64,000 nt of DNA from an uncultured Actinomycetota bacterium (lineage in GTDB: Bacteria > Actinomycetota > Actinomycetes > Mycobacteriales > SCTD01), in assembly GCA_963761655.1 (NCBI GenBank), contig CAVXHI010000010.1, forward strand, positions 137,400 through 201,399, read 5' to 3'. Every line of letters starts with the position of its first letter. The first letter of the stretch is position 1. Under the pieces are notes generated by a model. It saw nothing but the letters and a program-made list of their open reading frames with translations, did not search any database and was not told the DNA's origin. The translations under genes and the position numbers were made by a program. Below are positions 20,364 through 29,135 of this stretch, in pieces.

Positions 20364-21117
20364 CTACGGACCGCTCAGTAACTCGCCCACCAGGACCCGC
20401 AGCCGGGTCCGCTCCCGCACCACCGCGCCCGGCCGGTCGAACACCACGAGCCGGGCGCGCGGCAGGACGGCGGCGAGGTCTCGGGCGACCTGGGCGGGGT
20501 GCAGCGGGTCGCCCTCCTGGGCCAGCAGCAGTACCTCGGCCGTGACGGCGCCCAGCACCGAGCGGTCGGCCACCGGGACGGCGTCGGGCAGCGCGCGCAC
20601 GACGTCGGAGAACCCGGGCGACGCCGCCAGGTGCGCGGCCCGGGCGGCGAGGTACTGCCGCACGCCCGGGACGTCGTGCAGGTCGGCGGGCAGCTCCTCG
20701 GCCACCAGGGCGGCGGCGGTCTCCGCGTCCCCGGCGTCGAGGGCGTCGGCGAGCGCGACCCGGCTGCGGACGGCGGCGTCGTCGCGCGGCCGGTCCAGGG
20801 CCGCGGGCAGCAGCAGCACGACCCGCGCGAACCGGTCCGGCCGGCGGGCCAGCAGCGACAGCAGCGCGCCTGCCCCCATCGACACCCCGAGCGCCTGCGT
20901 GGCGCCGGCGTCGTCGGCGACCTGCTCGAGGTCGCGGCCCAGGACGTCGTAGTCGAGGCGCGGGCCGGCCGGGACGCCGCCGTGGCCGCGGGCCACCGGG
21001 AAGACCCGGGTGCCCGGGACCCCGCCGACCAGCGGGCGCGTCTCGGCCGAGGAGGCCCCGAGCCCGTGCGCGACGACGGTGACCGGCAGGCCGCGTGCCG
21101 GTGACGAGCGGGGTCAC
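20364..21117 (-). CDS. Alpha/beta hydrolase, frameshifted near the N-terminus
   Basis: AHGLG, GVSMGAG, GDPLHP; start overlaps the DUF2516 stop. Confidence 0.75.
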
Positions 21118-21414
21118 CCGTAGGGGCCGCTGCCCGGGCGCATGCCGCGCACGGCGGGCTTCACGTCGACGAGGTACACGATGCAGGCGACCGCGACGAC
21201 GGCGCCGACCAGGCCGAGCACGCCGACGCCGAGCAGGCAGGCCAGCACCGACGACGCCGGTGATGCCGAGCCAGGCCGGCTTGGTGAGCTTGCCCGCCGC
21301 CGGGAAGGCGGGCGCGGACTGGCGCAGGCAGTCGACGAAGGCGCAGACCGCGAGCACCAGCAGCCCGAGGTCCAGCACGAACAGCAGCAGCGACGACGGG
21401 TCCAGGAGGGTCAC
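21114..21414 (-). CDS. DUF2516-family small membrane protein (one frameshift)
   Basis: AFVDCLRQSAPAFPAAGKLTKPAWLGI...VYLVDVKPAVR; usual position downstream of hbhA-like gene. Confidence 0.8.
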
Positions 21415-21444
21415 CCCTCCAGTCTGCCGGGAGCCCCCGGACAG

Positions 21445-21484
21445 CGCGCGACCCCCGGGCCTCGAGGGCACCGGGGGTCGCGCG
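21445..21484 (-). terminator. GC-rich stem-loop downstream of hbhA-like gene
   Basis: CGCGCGACCCCCGG...CCGGGGGTCGCGCG 14-bp perfect stem. Confidence 0.65.
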
Positions 21485-21503
21485 GACTGCGGGAGGGGGC
21501 GTA

Positions 21504-21995
21504 CTAGCCGATCTTGGCGGCGGCGTCCTCGACGGCCTTCTCGCCGGCCTTGACGGACTTCTTCGCGGCGGTCGCGGCGGCCTCGGCCTTCTTCACGGCC
21601 TCCTTGCCCTCGGCGATGGCGGCCTCGGTGGCCGGCTGGCGCCGGATCTGGGTCACGAGGCGCTCGCCGCGGACGGCCAGCTTCGCGTAGAGGTCGGTGG
21701 CCTGCTCGGTCGCCTTGGCGACGCGGGTCTCGACCTCGCCGCGCAGGCCCTTGACCTGGGTCGGGAGGGTCTTGACGACGGTCGGGACCTCGGCGAGGCG
21801 GGCCTGCGCCTTGGTGACCTGCGCCTGGACGTCCGCGGGGACCTCCTTGACCTGCTCGATCGCGAGGTCGGCGAGACCCGCGACGGCGAAGGCCGGCTTC
21901 TTGACCTCGTCGAGCGAGACGGTCGGGAGGTTCTTGATGGTGAAGCGGCCGGTGACGGTGTCGCCGGTCTTCTTGACGTCGGTGGTGACGGTCAT
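21504..21995 (-). CDS. HBHA-like coiled-coil protein
   Basis: KPAFAVAGLADLA...YAKLAVRGERLV, Ala/Lys-rich tail; XRE-hbhA-DUF2516 synteny. Confidence 0.7.
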   Translation of the reverse strand: MTVTTDVKKTGDTVTGRFTIKNLPTVSLDEVKKPAFAVAGLADLAIEQVKEVPADVQAQVTKAQARLAEVPTVVKTLPTQVKGLRGEVETRVAKATEQATDLYAKLAVRGERLVTQIRRQPATEAAIAEGKEAVKKAEAAATAAKKSVKAGEKAVEDAAAKIG

Positions 21996-22495
21996 GAGGT
22001 GCCTCCAGGGGCGGTCGGGGTGGTGCTGTCGGTGGTCTTCTTGGTGCTGCGCCGCGCCTTGGCAGGGGCGGCCGGGGAGGGGGTCGCGACCGGTCGGTCG
22101 GCGACTCCCGGCTCGGCCTCCGCGAGGGTCGCGGCGGCCTGCTCGGAGAGCGTCAGGGCGGCGTTCTCCTTGCGGAAGCTGTCGTAGATCTCGAGCAGCA
22201 CCTGCTTCTGCCGCTCGTTGAGGCCCTCGTCCGCCAGCAGGGCGTCGACGACGCCGCTGCTCTCCCGGTGGTCGAGGATCCCGGCCTGCACGTAGAGCGC
22301 CTCGGCCGAGATGCGCAGGCCCTTGGCGATCTGCTGCAGGATCTCGGCGCTGGGCTTGCGCAGACCCCGCTCGATCTGGCTGAGGTAGGGGTTGCTCACA
22401 CCGGCGAGGGCGGCGAGCTGGCGCAGCGAGATCTGGCTGCTGGCCCGCTGCTCACGGATGTAGTCGCCGAGGTGACGGACGGGGATGCCTGCCAT
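21992..22495 (-). CDS. XRE-family HTH transcriptional regulator
   Basis: LGDYIREQR...SLRQLA...VSNPYLSQIERGLRKPSAEILQQIAKGLRISAE. Confidence 0.92.
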   Translation of the reverse strand: MAGIPVRHLGDYIREQRASSQISLRQLAALAGVSNPYLSQIERGLRKPSAEILQQIAKGLRISAEALYVQAGILDHRESSGVVDALLADEGLNERQKQVLLEIYDSFRKENAALTLSEQAAATLAEAEPGVADRPVATPSPAAPAKARRSTKKTTDSTTPTAPGGTS

Positions 22496-22626
22496 GCCGG
22501 GACTCCTTCCGCGCTGCCGTCGAGGTGGTGACGAGGACGCTATGCCCCCGTGCTAACTCCTGCAAGCGCTTCTGCTAGCACTCGCGGGTGACCTCCCCCA
22601 CAGGCCCGGCTCGGTAGGTTCGGCGC

Positions 22627-23565
22627 ATGACGCCCTGGCTGCGCGGAACCGCCGTCGTGCTCGGGCTCGCCGTGGCGCTCGTCGCCCCGTCCCCCAGCGA
22701 GGCGGCGGGCGGGGGGCGGGTGGTCGAGGGCTCGGACCGCTACCTGTTCATCTCCCAGGACTGGACCGTCGCCTGCCAGGACCGCGCCCTGGCCCGGCAC
22801 GCCGCCGGCAACGCCACCGCCCTGGCGGGCGCCCTGCGGCGCAGCGGGCGCGAGGCCCTCGTCGTCCTGGGCCCGGACAAGTCGAGCGTCGTGCCGCACC
22901 TGCCCGACGCGGTGCCGGAGCGCCCCTGCGCCGCGGCCTCCCGGACGGCGCTCTGGGCCGGGCTCACGGCCGGGCCCGACTTCCTCGACCTCCGGCCCGC
23001 CCTGCGCGACGCCGGCCGCGGGGTGCAGGTCTACTGGCGCAAGGACACCCACTGGACCCCCACCGGCGGGGCCGTCTACGGCCGTGAGCTCGCCCGGCGG
23101 CTCGACCCCGCCCTCGCCCGGCGGCTGCAGACCCGGCCCGCCACCTGGCGCCGCGACGGCGACCTCGCCCGGGTGCTCGGCCGCCCCGACGCCGAGGAGG
23201 CCGACGGCCTGCAGCTGGTCAACCCGGGCGTGCGGGTGCAGGAGCTCCCGCGGCTCGACATCGGCATGGGGCAGCCGGCCCGGCACACCCGCGCTATGGC
23301 GTCCCCAGGGGCCCGGGTCCTGCCCGGCCGCACCGTCTTCGTGGGCGACAGCTTCGACGACACCGCCGTCGAGCAGCTGGCCCCGCTCTTCGAGGAGGCG
23401 CTGTTCTTCTGGCCGGGCCTGCACGACAGCTCGATGCCGACCGTCGTCCGGCAGCTCGTGGGCGCGGACCGCGTGGTCGTGGAGTCGGTGGAGCGCTTCG
23501 GCCGGAGGTACCGCATGTTCGACGACGAGGCCGTCCGCGCGGCCCGGGCGCTCCCGCAGAGGTGA
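22627..23565 (+). CDS. Secreted AlgX/AlgJ-type SGNH O-acetyltransferase-like protein
   Basis: Signal peptide; YLF, PDKS, KDTHWT (DxH), GDLA, VGDSF, ESVER. Confidence 0.78.
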   Translation: MTPWLRGTAVVLGLAVALVAPSPSEAAGGGRVVEGSDRYLFISQDWTVACQDRALARHAAGNATALAGALRRSGREALVVLGPDKSSVVPHLPDAVPERPCAAASRTALWAGLTAGPDFLDLRPALRDAGRGVQVYWRKDTHWTPTGGAVYGRELARRLDPALARRLQTRPATWRRDGDLARVLGRPDAEEADGLQLVNPGVRVQELPRLDIGMGQPARHTRAMASPGARVLPGRTVFVGDSFDDTAVEQLAPLFEEALFFWPGLHDSSMPTVVRQLVGADRVVVESVERFGRRYRMFDDEAVRAARALPQR

Positions 23566-23635
23566 CCGGCTGCACGGTTCCGGGGCCCGTCGGTCGGGCA
23601 AGAAGAGGGGCAGTCCGAGACGACGGGGAGCAGCG

Positions 23636-24523
23636 GTGAGCGGGACGCACGGGCAGGAGACCGGTCAGGTCGTCGTGCTGCCGCTGGCGCCCCTGCCCCG
23701 CGCCGCGTCCGACGCACGCCGCGCCGTCCGCCAGGCCCTCGGCGGCACCGTCCACGAGCCGCGCCTGGACGACGTCCAGGTCGCGGTGTCGGAGCTGGTC
23801 ACCAACGCCGTCCTGCACGGTCACGAGCCGATCAGCCTGCGGGTGGTCTCTGACGACCTGCGCGTGCGCCTCGAGGTCCACGACGCCAGCCCGCTCTCGC
23901 CGTCGTTCACGATGCTCGACCCGGCGGCGGTCACCGGCCGCGGGCTGCTCCTCGTGGTCAGCCTCGCCGACCGGTGGGGCGTGGAGCCCGGAGCGGACGG
24001 CGGCAAGGCGGTCTGGATCGAGTTCGACGCCGGCGAGCAGCCGGAGCCGTCCTACGACCTCGACGACCTGCTCACCTCCTGGGGCGAGGACCTCGACGAC
24101 CCCGCGCAGGAGGTCGTCAAGGTCGTCCTCACCGAGCTCGACACCGCGCTGACCGCCCGGTGCGAGGCGCACGTCGAGGCCCTCCTGCGCGAGCTCGCCC
24201 TGGTGGCACCGAGCGACGACGCCCCCGCCGATCTCCGCCTCGTCGCCGAGCGCGTCGTCCAGGCGGCGACGGGTGTCGAGGCGCTCCGAGCGGAGGTCAA
24301 GCGCCAGCTGTCGCGTGCCGTGCTCGACGGGCAGGAGCGGGTCGACGTCGTCCTGCGCGTGACCCGCGTCGACGCCGACACCGTCCGGCGGTTCGCCCGC
24401 GCCGTCGACGAGGCCGACCGGCTCTCCCGCCAGGGCCTGCTGCTGACCGAGGCCGCGCCGTACGCGCTGTCGGAGGCCCGCTCCTCCTACCTGCGCCGGC
24501 TCGTCGCCCAGCTCGCGAGCTAG
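23636..24523 (+). CDS. RsbW-like HATPase_c (anti-sigma/Ser-Thr kinase) protein with extra C-terminal domain
   Basis: VSELVTNAVLHG, EVHD, GRGLLLV, WGVEP...GKAVW. Confidence 0.82.
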   Translation: MSGTHGQETGQVVVLPLAPLPRAASDARRAVRQALGGTVHEPRLDDVQVAVSELVTNAVLHGHEPISLRVVSDDLRVRLEVHDASPLSPSFTMLDPAAVTGRGLLLVVSLADRWGVEPGADGGKAVWIEFDAGEQPEPSYDLDDLLTSWGEDLDDPAQEVVKVVLTELDTALTARCEAHVEALLRELALVAPSDDAPADLRLVAERVVQAATGVEALRAEVKRQLSRAVLDGQERVDVVLRVTRVDADTVRRFARAVDEADRLSRQGLLLTEAAPYALSEARSSYLRRLVAQLAS

Positions 24524-25282
24524 TCGCCCGCCGGCAGGTCCAGGCCGGCGATCTCGTCGGCGAGCGACGCCGCGATCGCCGACGCCATCGCCGTGCGGAA
24601 GCTCGCCAGCAGGGCCTGCGCCGCCACCGGCTGCAGGCTCTCCATCAGCGCCTGCATCCGGCCCCACTCGTCCTCGGGCGCGCCGCGGTCGGCGAAGTCG
24701 CGCCAGAGGGTGTCGCGGAACATCCCGACGTAGAGCTCCGCGGCCCGCTCCACCAGCTCGACCACCTGCTGCTGGGCGTCGACGACGGCGACCGGCGGGA
24801 TGCCGAGGCGCACCACCTGGAGGCCCGGCGGCGAGCAGGGTGGGGTCCAGGACGCGCAGCCGGTCGTCGGCGAGCCGCTCGACGGCGCCCATCTGCACGA
24901 GCTGGTCGATCACGCCCGGCTCGGTCCCGACGCCGGCCCGGGCCGCCAGGGTCCGCAGGTCGGTCTCCTCCGGGGTGTCCGGCAGCCAGGGCGCCATCAG
25001 GGTCCGGTGCAGGGCCAGGGCCGCCCCGCTGCCGCCCCCCGCGCGGCCGGCGAGGGTCTGCTCGATCTTGGCCAGCGTGTAGCCCTCGGCGAGCATCTCC
25101 CGCACGAGGGCGAGCCGGTCGACGTGCTCCTCGCCGTACCAGCCGGTCCGTCCGACCAGCCGCGGCGCGGGCAGCAGGCCGCGGGCGGCGTAGGCCCGCA
25201 GGTTCCGGACCGTCAGGCCGGTGCGGGCGGCCAGCTGGTCGATCGTCATCTCCCCCGCGGGGAGGTCGTCCGGGGTGCTCAC
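24520..25282 (-). CDS. MerR-family transcriptional regulator (frameshift near 24830)
   Basis: MTIDQLAARTGLTVRNLRAYAARGLLPAP...YGEEHVDRLAL...GYTL; continues as VRLGIPP in another frame. Confidence 0.85.
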
Positions 25283-25461
25283 CGGGTGGAGTCGGCCCCG
25301 TCCGGCGACTCGGCGTCCGCTCCCGCCCCGCCCCGGTGCTTGCGGCGGTCGGCGACGACGATGCCCACGAACACCCCGACCAGGACGACCATCGGGATCA
25401 CGGCCGGCAGGGCCTCGACCAGCGCGTGGTGCGCCAGCAGGTCGGCGTACGGCGTCGTCAT
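25279..25461 (-). CDS. Small membrane protein (60 aa)
   Basis: MTTPYADLLAHHALVEALPAVIPMVVLVGVFVGIVVADRRK; 4-nt overlaps with both neighbours. Confidence 0.7.
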   Translation of the reverse strand: MTTPYADLLAHHALVEALPAVIPMVVLVGVFVGIVVADRRKHRGGAGADAESPDGADSTR

Positions 25462-27296
25462 GCGGTGCTGGGCCGCAGCGCGGTCCGGGGGGCCTTCGTG
25501 CCGCGGGGCGTGCGCGGGGCCGGGCCGCCGCGGGAGACCCGCTCGACGCCCCAGGCCAGGGCGGCGACGAGGGCGAGGCTGCAGAGCGCGACGACGAGGC
25601 TCGAGGCGCCCCACAGCCAGGACGGCACGTCGAGGTTGCGCTCGCGCTGCAGGATCTCGATCTCGGGCCGGAGGGCGCGGGTGAACGCCGCGGGCGCCGC
25701 CACCTCCCCGACGCCGATGGCGCTGTCGGCCGGGAGCCAGACCGGGAGGGCGGACAGGTCGCGCCCGTCGTGCACGCGCAGCAGGGTCTTGAAGTCGGGC
25801 CCGCTGACCGGGACCGGCTCGGTGGTGCGCCAGGTGTCGGGGCCGGTGCGCTCCAGCCGGTCGACGACGAGCTTGCTGCCGCCCTGCCAGGCGGTGATCT
25901 GCACCCAGCTCGGGTCGTCGGCGTAGCGGGCCGGGAGGGTGACGGCGGCGTCGACGTAGCGGATGCCGTCGCGGGTGCCGGCCTCGGTGAGGGCCATCTG
26001 GACCTGCACGCCCTTCGGCACGGTGGCGAGCACGCCGTTGCCGACGACGAGGGCGATGGCCGCGAGGCTCCCGGCGTACAGCAGGCGCGAGGTGCGGGCG
26101 GCGGGCAGCTCGCCCTCGAGGCCGAGCGCGAGCAGCGCGCCGATGAGCCCGCCCGCGACGCCGGAGACCAGGGCCATGAGCGTGCCCTCGACGGCGATGT
26201 CCGAGCCCCAGGGCAGGGTCATGAACACCTGCGACCAGAGGCCCTCGATGCCCGTGCCGAGGGTGCCGACGACCGCGCCGGCGACGGCGCCGAACAGCAG
26301 CGGCCGGGCGACCAGCCGGGCGGCGACGAGCTCGACGAGCACCGCGCTGCCCAGGTAGAGCGGGAACCGGGGCGTGACCTCGTCCCAGCCGAACCCGACG
26401 GCGATGCTGATCAGGCCGTGGACGACGACGAAGAAGGCGGCCGCGGCGAGCGCCCCGCCCTTGCCCGTCCAGAGCCGGGCGGCGACGAGGGCGACGCCGG
26501 CGGCGGCCGCGATGAGGGCGGGCTGCAGCACGAGGCGGAACTGCGGGACGCCGAAGTCGAACTCGCCCTGGAAGACCGACAGGCCGATCAGCAGGCCGCC
26601 CATGGCGAAGGCGCGCCGCACGAACTCCCTGATCCTGTTCGGCTCGAGCTCCTGGCCCGCGCCGCCCTCCTTCTCGAGGACGAGCATCCCGACCAGCGAC
26701 AGGCCGGCCCCGCCGATGAGCATGAGGTGGGTCGGGCCCCACAGCGTGACGTCCTGGCCGAACAGGCGGTGCCAGACGTCGTCGAGGGGGAAGCCGAGCA
26801 GCGCGTACGCGCCCGCGCCGGCGAGCAGCAGGCCCCCGACCGGGGCGTACCAGCCCTCGGTCACGCGCACCGACGCCGGCCCGGGCTTCTCGCCGCCGAG
26901 CGGGAGGCTGATCGCCAGGACGCCGCCGGCGAAGATGCCGAACAGGCCGAACAGGATCAGGTAGTGCGCCGGGTTGGCCAGCGGACCGGAGTCGCGACCC
27001 TGGTCGATGTGCAGGCTGATGTCCCAGTACATGCCGAGCAGGGCCGTCAGCAGCGAGACGGTCGTGAAGACGGTCGGCAGGGCGACCCAGCCGGGGGCCC
27101 CGAGCGCCTTGCCGGTGCCGTCGGCGGCCCGCTGCAGGAAGGTGGTGCGGCCGGACCGGTGCAGGTACACGACCGCCAGCAGCGTGACGGTCAGGGCGGT
27201 CCCGATGGCCCCGGCCAGGACGACCTCCCCGAGGGCGGCCCCTCCGGCGGGCTTCTCGGCGGTGGCCTCGGTGGCGGCAGCCAGCAGCGTCGTCAT
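25458..27296 (-). CDS. Polytopic membrane protein with two D-x3-H...H motifs
   Basis: Many TM helices; WDISLHIDQGRD...NPAH and DDVWHRLFGQDVTLWGPTH. Confidence 0.8.
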   Translation of the reverse strand: MTTLLAAATEATAEKPAGGAALGEVVLAGAIGTALTVTLLAVVYLHRSGRTTFLQRAADGTGKALGAPGWVALPTVFTTVSLLTALLGMYWDISLHIDQGRDSGPLANPAHYLILFGLFGIFAGGVLAISLPLGGEKPGPASVRVTEGWYAPVGGLLLAGAGAYALLGFPLDDVWHRLFGQDVTLWGPTHLMLIGGAGLSLVGMLVLEKEGGAGQELEPNRIREFVRRAFAMGGLLIGLSVFQGEFDFGVPQFRLVLQPALIAAAAGVALVAARLWTGKGGALAAAAFFVVVHGLISIAVGFGWDEVTPRFPLYLGSAVLVELVAARLVARPLLFGAVAGAVVGTLGTGIEGLWSQVFMTLPWGSDIAVEGTLMALVSGVAGGLIGALLALGLEGELPAARTSRLLYAGSLAAIALVVGNGVLATVPKGVQVQMALTEAGTRDGIRYVDAAVTLPARYADDPSWVQITAWQGGSKLVVDRLERTGPDTWRTTEPVPVSGPDFKTLLRVHDGRDLSALPVWLPADSAIGVGEVAAPAAFTRALRPEIEILQRERNLDVPSWLWGASSLVVALCSLALVAALAWGVERVSRGGPAPRTPRGTKAPRTALRPSTA

Positions 27297-27306
27297 GCCG
27301 CCACCA

Positions 27307-27324
27307 TGACACTCATCGATGTCA
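27307..27324 (-). promoter_or_regulatory. Palindromic operator TGACA-N8-TGTCA within a sigma70-type promoter
   Basis: Minus strand TTGCAT-N17-CATGGT, then ATG 6 nt later; the palindrome fills the spacer. Confidence 0.6.
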
Positions 27325-27335
27325 CATGCAAGGGC

Positions 27336-27491
27336 CTACCGCTCGGCGTCATCGTCCTCGCGTGCCTTGCGCCGGGCCCGCCGTTCCAGCAGGACCAGGC
27401 CGACCACCACGAGCAGCGGCACCCCGACGCTCAGCGCCTCGGGCGCACCTCCGCCGTGGGCGAGCAGCACGACGCCCGGGTGCCCCGTCAC
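27336..27491 (-). CDS. Small membrane protein (51 aa)
   Basis: VTGHPGVVLLAHGGGAPEALSVGVPLLVVVGLVLLERRARRK; GTGA overlap with the asparaginase stop. Confidence 0.6.
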   Translation of the reverse strand: MTGHPGVVLLAHGGGAPEALSVGVPLLVVVGLVLLERRARRKAREDDDAER

Positions 27492-28447
27492 AGGGCCGCT
27501 GTCACCTGCTCCGTCAGCAGCCCCGACGCCCGCACCTCGCCGACCACCCGGCCGCCGCCCAGCACCGGCACCTCGGCCACCGCGCCGACGTCGACCCCGA
27601 GCACGCGCAGCGCCGCCGCGAGCACGGGCATCCGGGCGCGCGCCGCTCCGTCCTCGACCTTGAGCGCGACCGCCCCGACCCCCGGGACCGCCACCGCGTA
27701 GACGCCCTCGGCGCCGTCCTTGGCCAGCAGGCCGGGCACCGCGCGCATGACCGCCGTGACGTCGCGCCCGGTCCCGCCGACGAGGTCCGGGTGCGTGCGC
27801 ATGACGTCCGCGACCCGGCGCTCGGGCGTCCCCTCCTCGGCCTCGACGAGCCGCAGGAACGCCCGGGCCAGGCCCGGCAGGGTCAGGGCGTGCTGCGGGG
27901 CGCCGCACCCGTCGACCGCCACGTGCCGGACCGGCTCGCCGGCGAGCTCCCCCACGGCCTCGCGGAGCAGGACCTGCAGCGGGTGGTCGTCGTCCAGGTA
28001 GCCCTCGGTGGGCCACCCGAGCTGGGCGCAGGTCTGCAGCATCGCCGCGTGCTTGCCCGAGCAGTTCATCGTCAGCGCCGACGCCGACCCGCCCTCGGCG
28101 AGGAGCCGGGCGGCGACGTCGTCGTCGAGGGGCAGCATCGCGGGGCAGCCGAGCGCGGCCTCCCCGACGTCGCGGAGCATGCCCCGCACCACCTCGAGGT
28201 GGGCCGGCTCGCCGCTGTGCGACGCCGTCGCGAGCGCCAGCTCCTCCGCCGTCCCCGGCACCCAGCCGGCCCGCAGCATCCCGACCGCCTGCAGCGGCTT
28301 GTTCGACGAGCGCGGGAACACCGGCCGCGTCAGGTCGCCGAGCGCCAGCGGCGTCGTCCCGTCCGGGCGCACGACGACGACGCTGCCGGCGTGGGTGCCC
28401 TCGACGTACCCCGAGCGGACGACCTCGGCGAGGACGGGGAGGGTCAG
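27488..28447 (-). CDS. L-asparaginase II family protein
   Basis: EVVRSGYVEGTH, PRSSNKPLQA, ASHSGE, NCSGKHA, DGCGAP, KDGAEG; apparent CTG start overlapping the rsiG stop. Confidence 0.88.
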   Translation of the reverse strand: MTLPVLAEVVRSGYVEGTHAGSVVVVRPDGTTPLALGDLTRPVFPRSSNKPLQAVGMLRAGWVPGTAEELALATASHSGEPAHLEVVRGMLRDVGEAALGCPAMLPLDDDVAARLLAEGGSASALTMNCSGKHAAMLQTCAQLGWPTEGYLDDDHPLQVLLREAVGELAGEPVRHVAVDGCGAPQHALTLPGLARAFLRLVEAEEGTPERRVADVMRTHPDLVGGTGRDVTAVMRAVPGLLAKDGAEGVYAVAVPGVGAVALKVEDGAARARMPVLAAALRVLGVDVGAVAEVPVLGGGRVVGEVRASGLLTEQVTAAL

Positions 28448-28995
28448 GCGGGACCCTCGGACAGCAGCGCCGACACGTCGGCCTCGCCGTCCCGGTAGCG
28501 GCGGGTGATCTCGGCGCTGCACGCGTCCATGACCTTCTGGACCTCGCGGCGCTTGCCCGAGAGCTTCTGCTCCTCCTCGCTCAGCACGCGCATCGCGTGG
28601 GCGAGGTCGTCGGGCGTGCGGGCGCTGACGTCGGACAGGTCGATGTCGGCGACCAGGGCCTCGACGTAGCGGCGGTGGCTGTCGACGCGGCTCGGCTCCA
28701 CCGTGCTGTGCCGACCGAGGCCGTGCGCGGTGCCCCGGGGCTCGTCGGCGAGGATGCCGGCGAGGTCCTCGACGAGGTTCTTGCCGCTGCCCTCGCGCCG
28801 GTTCAGCTCGGCCCGCAGGACGTCGAGGCGGCCCTGGATGAGGCGCCGCAGGTAGGACAGGTCGACCTCCTCCTGCTCGGCCTCGCCGCGCAGCCCGCGG
28901 ACGTCCTCCAGCGGCGCCGCGCCCAGCCCGGACAGGTAGTCCTCGGACAGCACCCGGTCGATCCGGCGGGTGCCCTTCACGGGCTCGGGCGTCAC
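28444..28995 (-). CDS. rsiG: RsiG/AmfC-family c-di-GMP-binding anti-sigma factor
   Basis: Two exact E-x3-S-x2-R-x3-Q-x3-D motifs (EVDLSYLRRLIQGRLD; EQKLSGKRREVQKVMD); C-terminal EITRRYRDGEADVSALL. Confidence 0.9.
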   Translation of the reverse strand: MTPEPVKGTRRIDRVLSEDYLSGLGAAPLEDVRGLRGEAEQEEVDLSYLRRLIQGRLDVLRAELNRREGSGKNLVEDLAGILADEPRGTAHGLGRHSTVEPSRVDSHRRYVEALVADIDLSDVSARTPDDLAHAMRVLSEEEQKLSGKRREVQKVMDACSAEITRRYRDGEADVSALLSEGPA

Positions 28996-29070
28996 GGGCT
29001 GCTCCTCGATCGGTCGCGCAGGGGGGGTAGCGCCTCCATCGTGTCAGACACGTGCGACACGCCGAACGGC

Positions 29071-29098
29071 TCAATCTGCGCCGCGCTGCTGCCGAGGC
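29071..29098 (+). promoter_or_regulatory. Candidate sigma-WhiG/sigma28-type promoter of the DUF4388 gene
   Basis: TCAA-N16-GCCGAGGC, 37 nt upstream of the GTG, which has a GGGAGG RBS. Confidence 0.6.
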
Positions 29099-29135
29099 TC
29101 CCTGTGCAGCCGCAACGACGACAGGGAGGTCGCAC

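Noticed and set aside
22575-22601. CIRCE/HrcA element
   Set aside because: Only one half-site (CTAGCACTC); second arm absent and no chaperone gene
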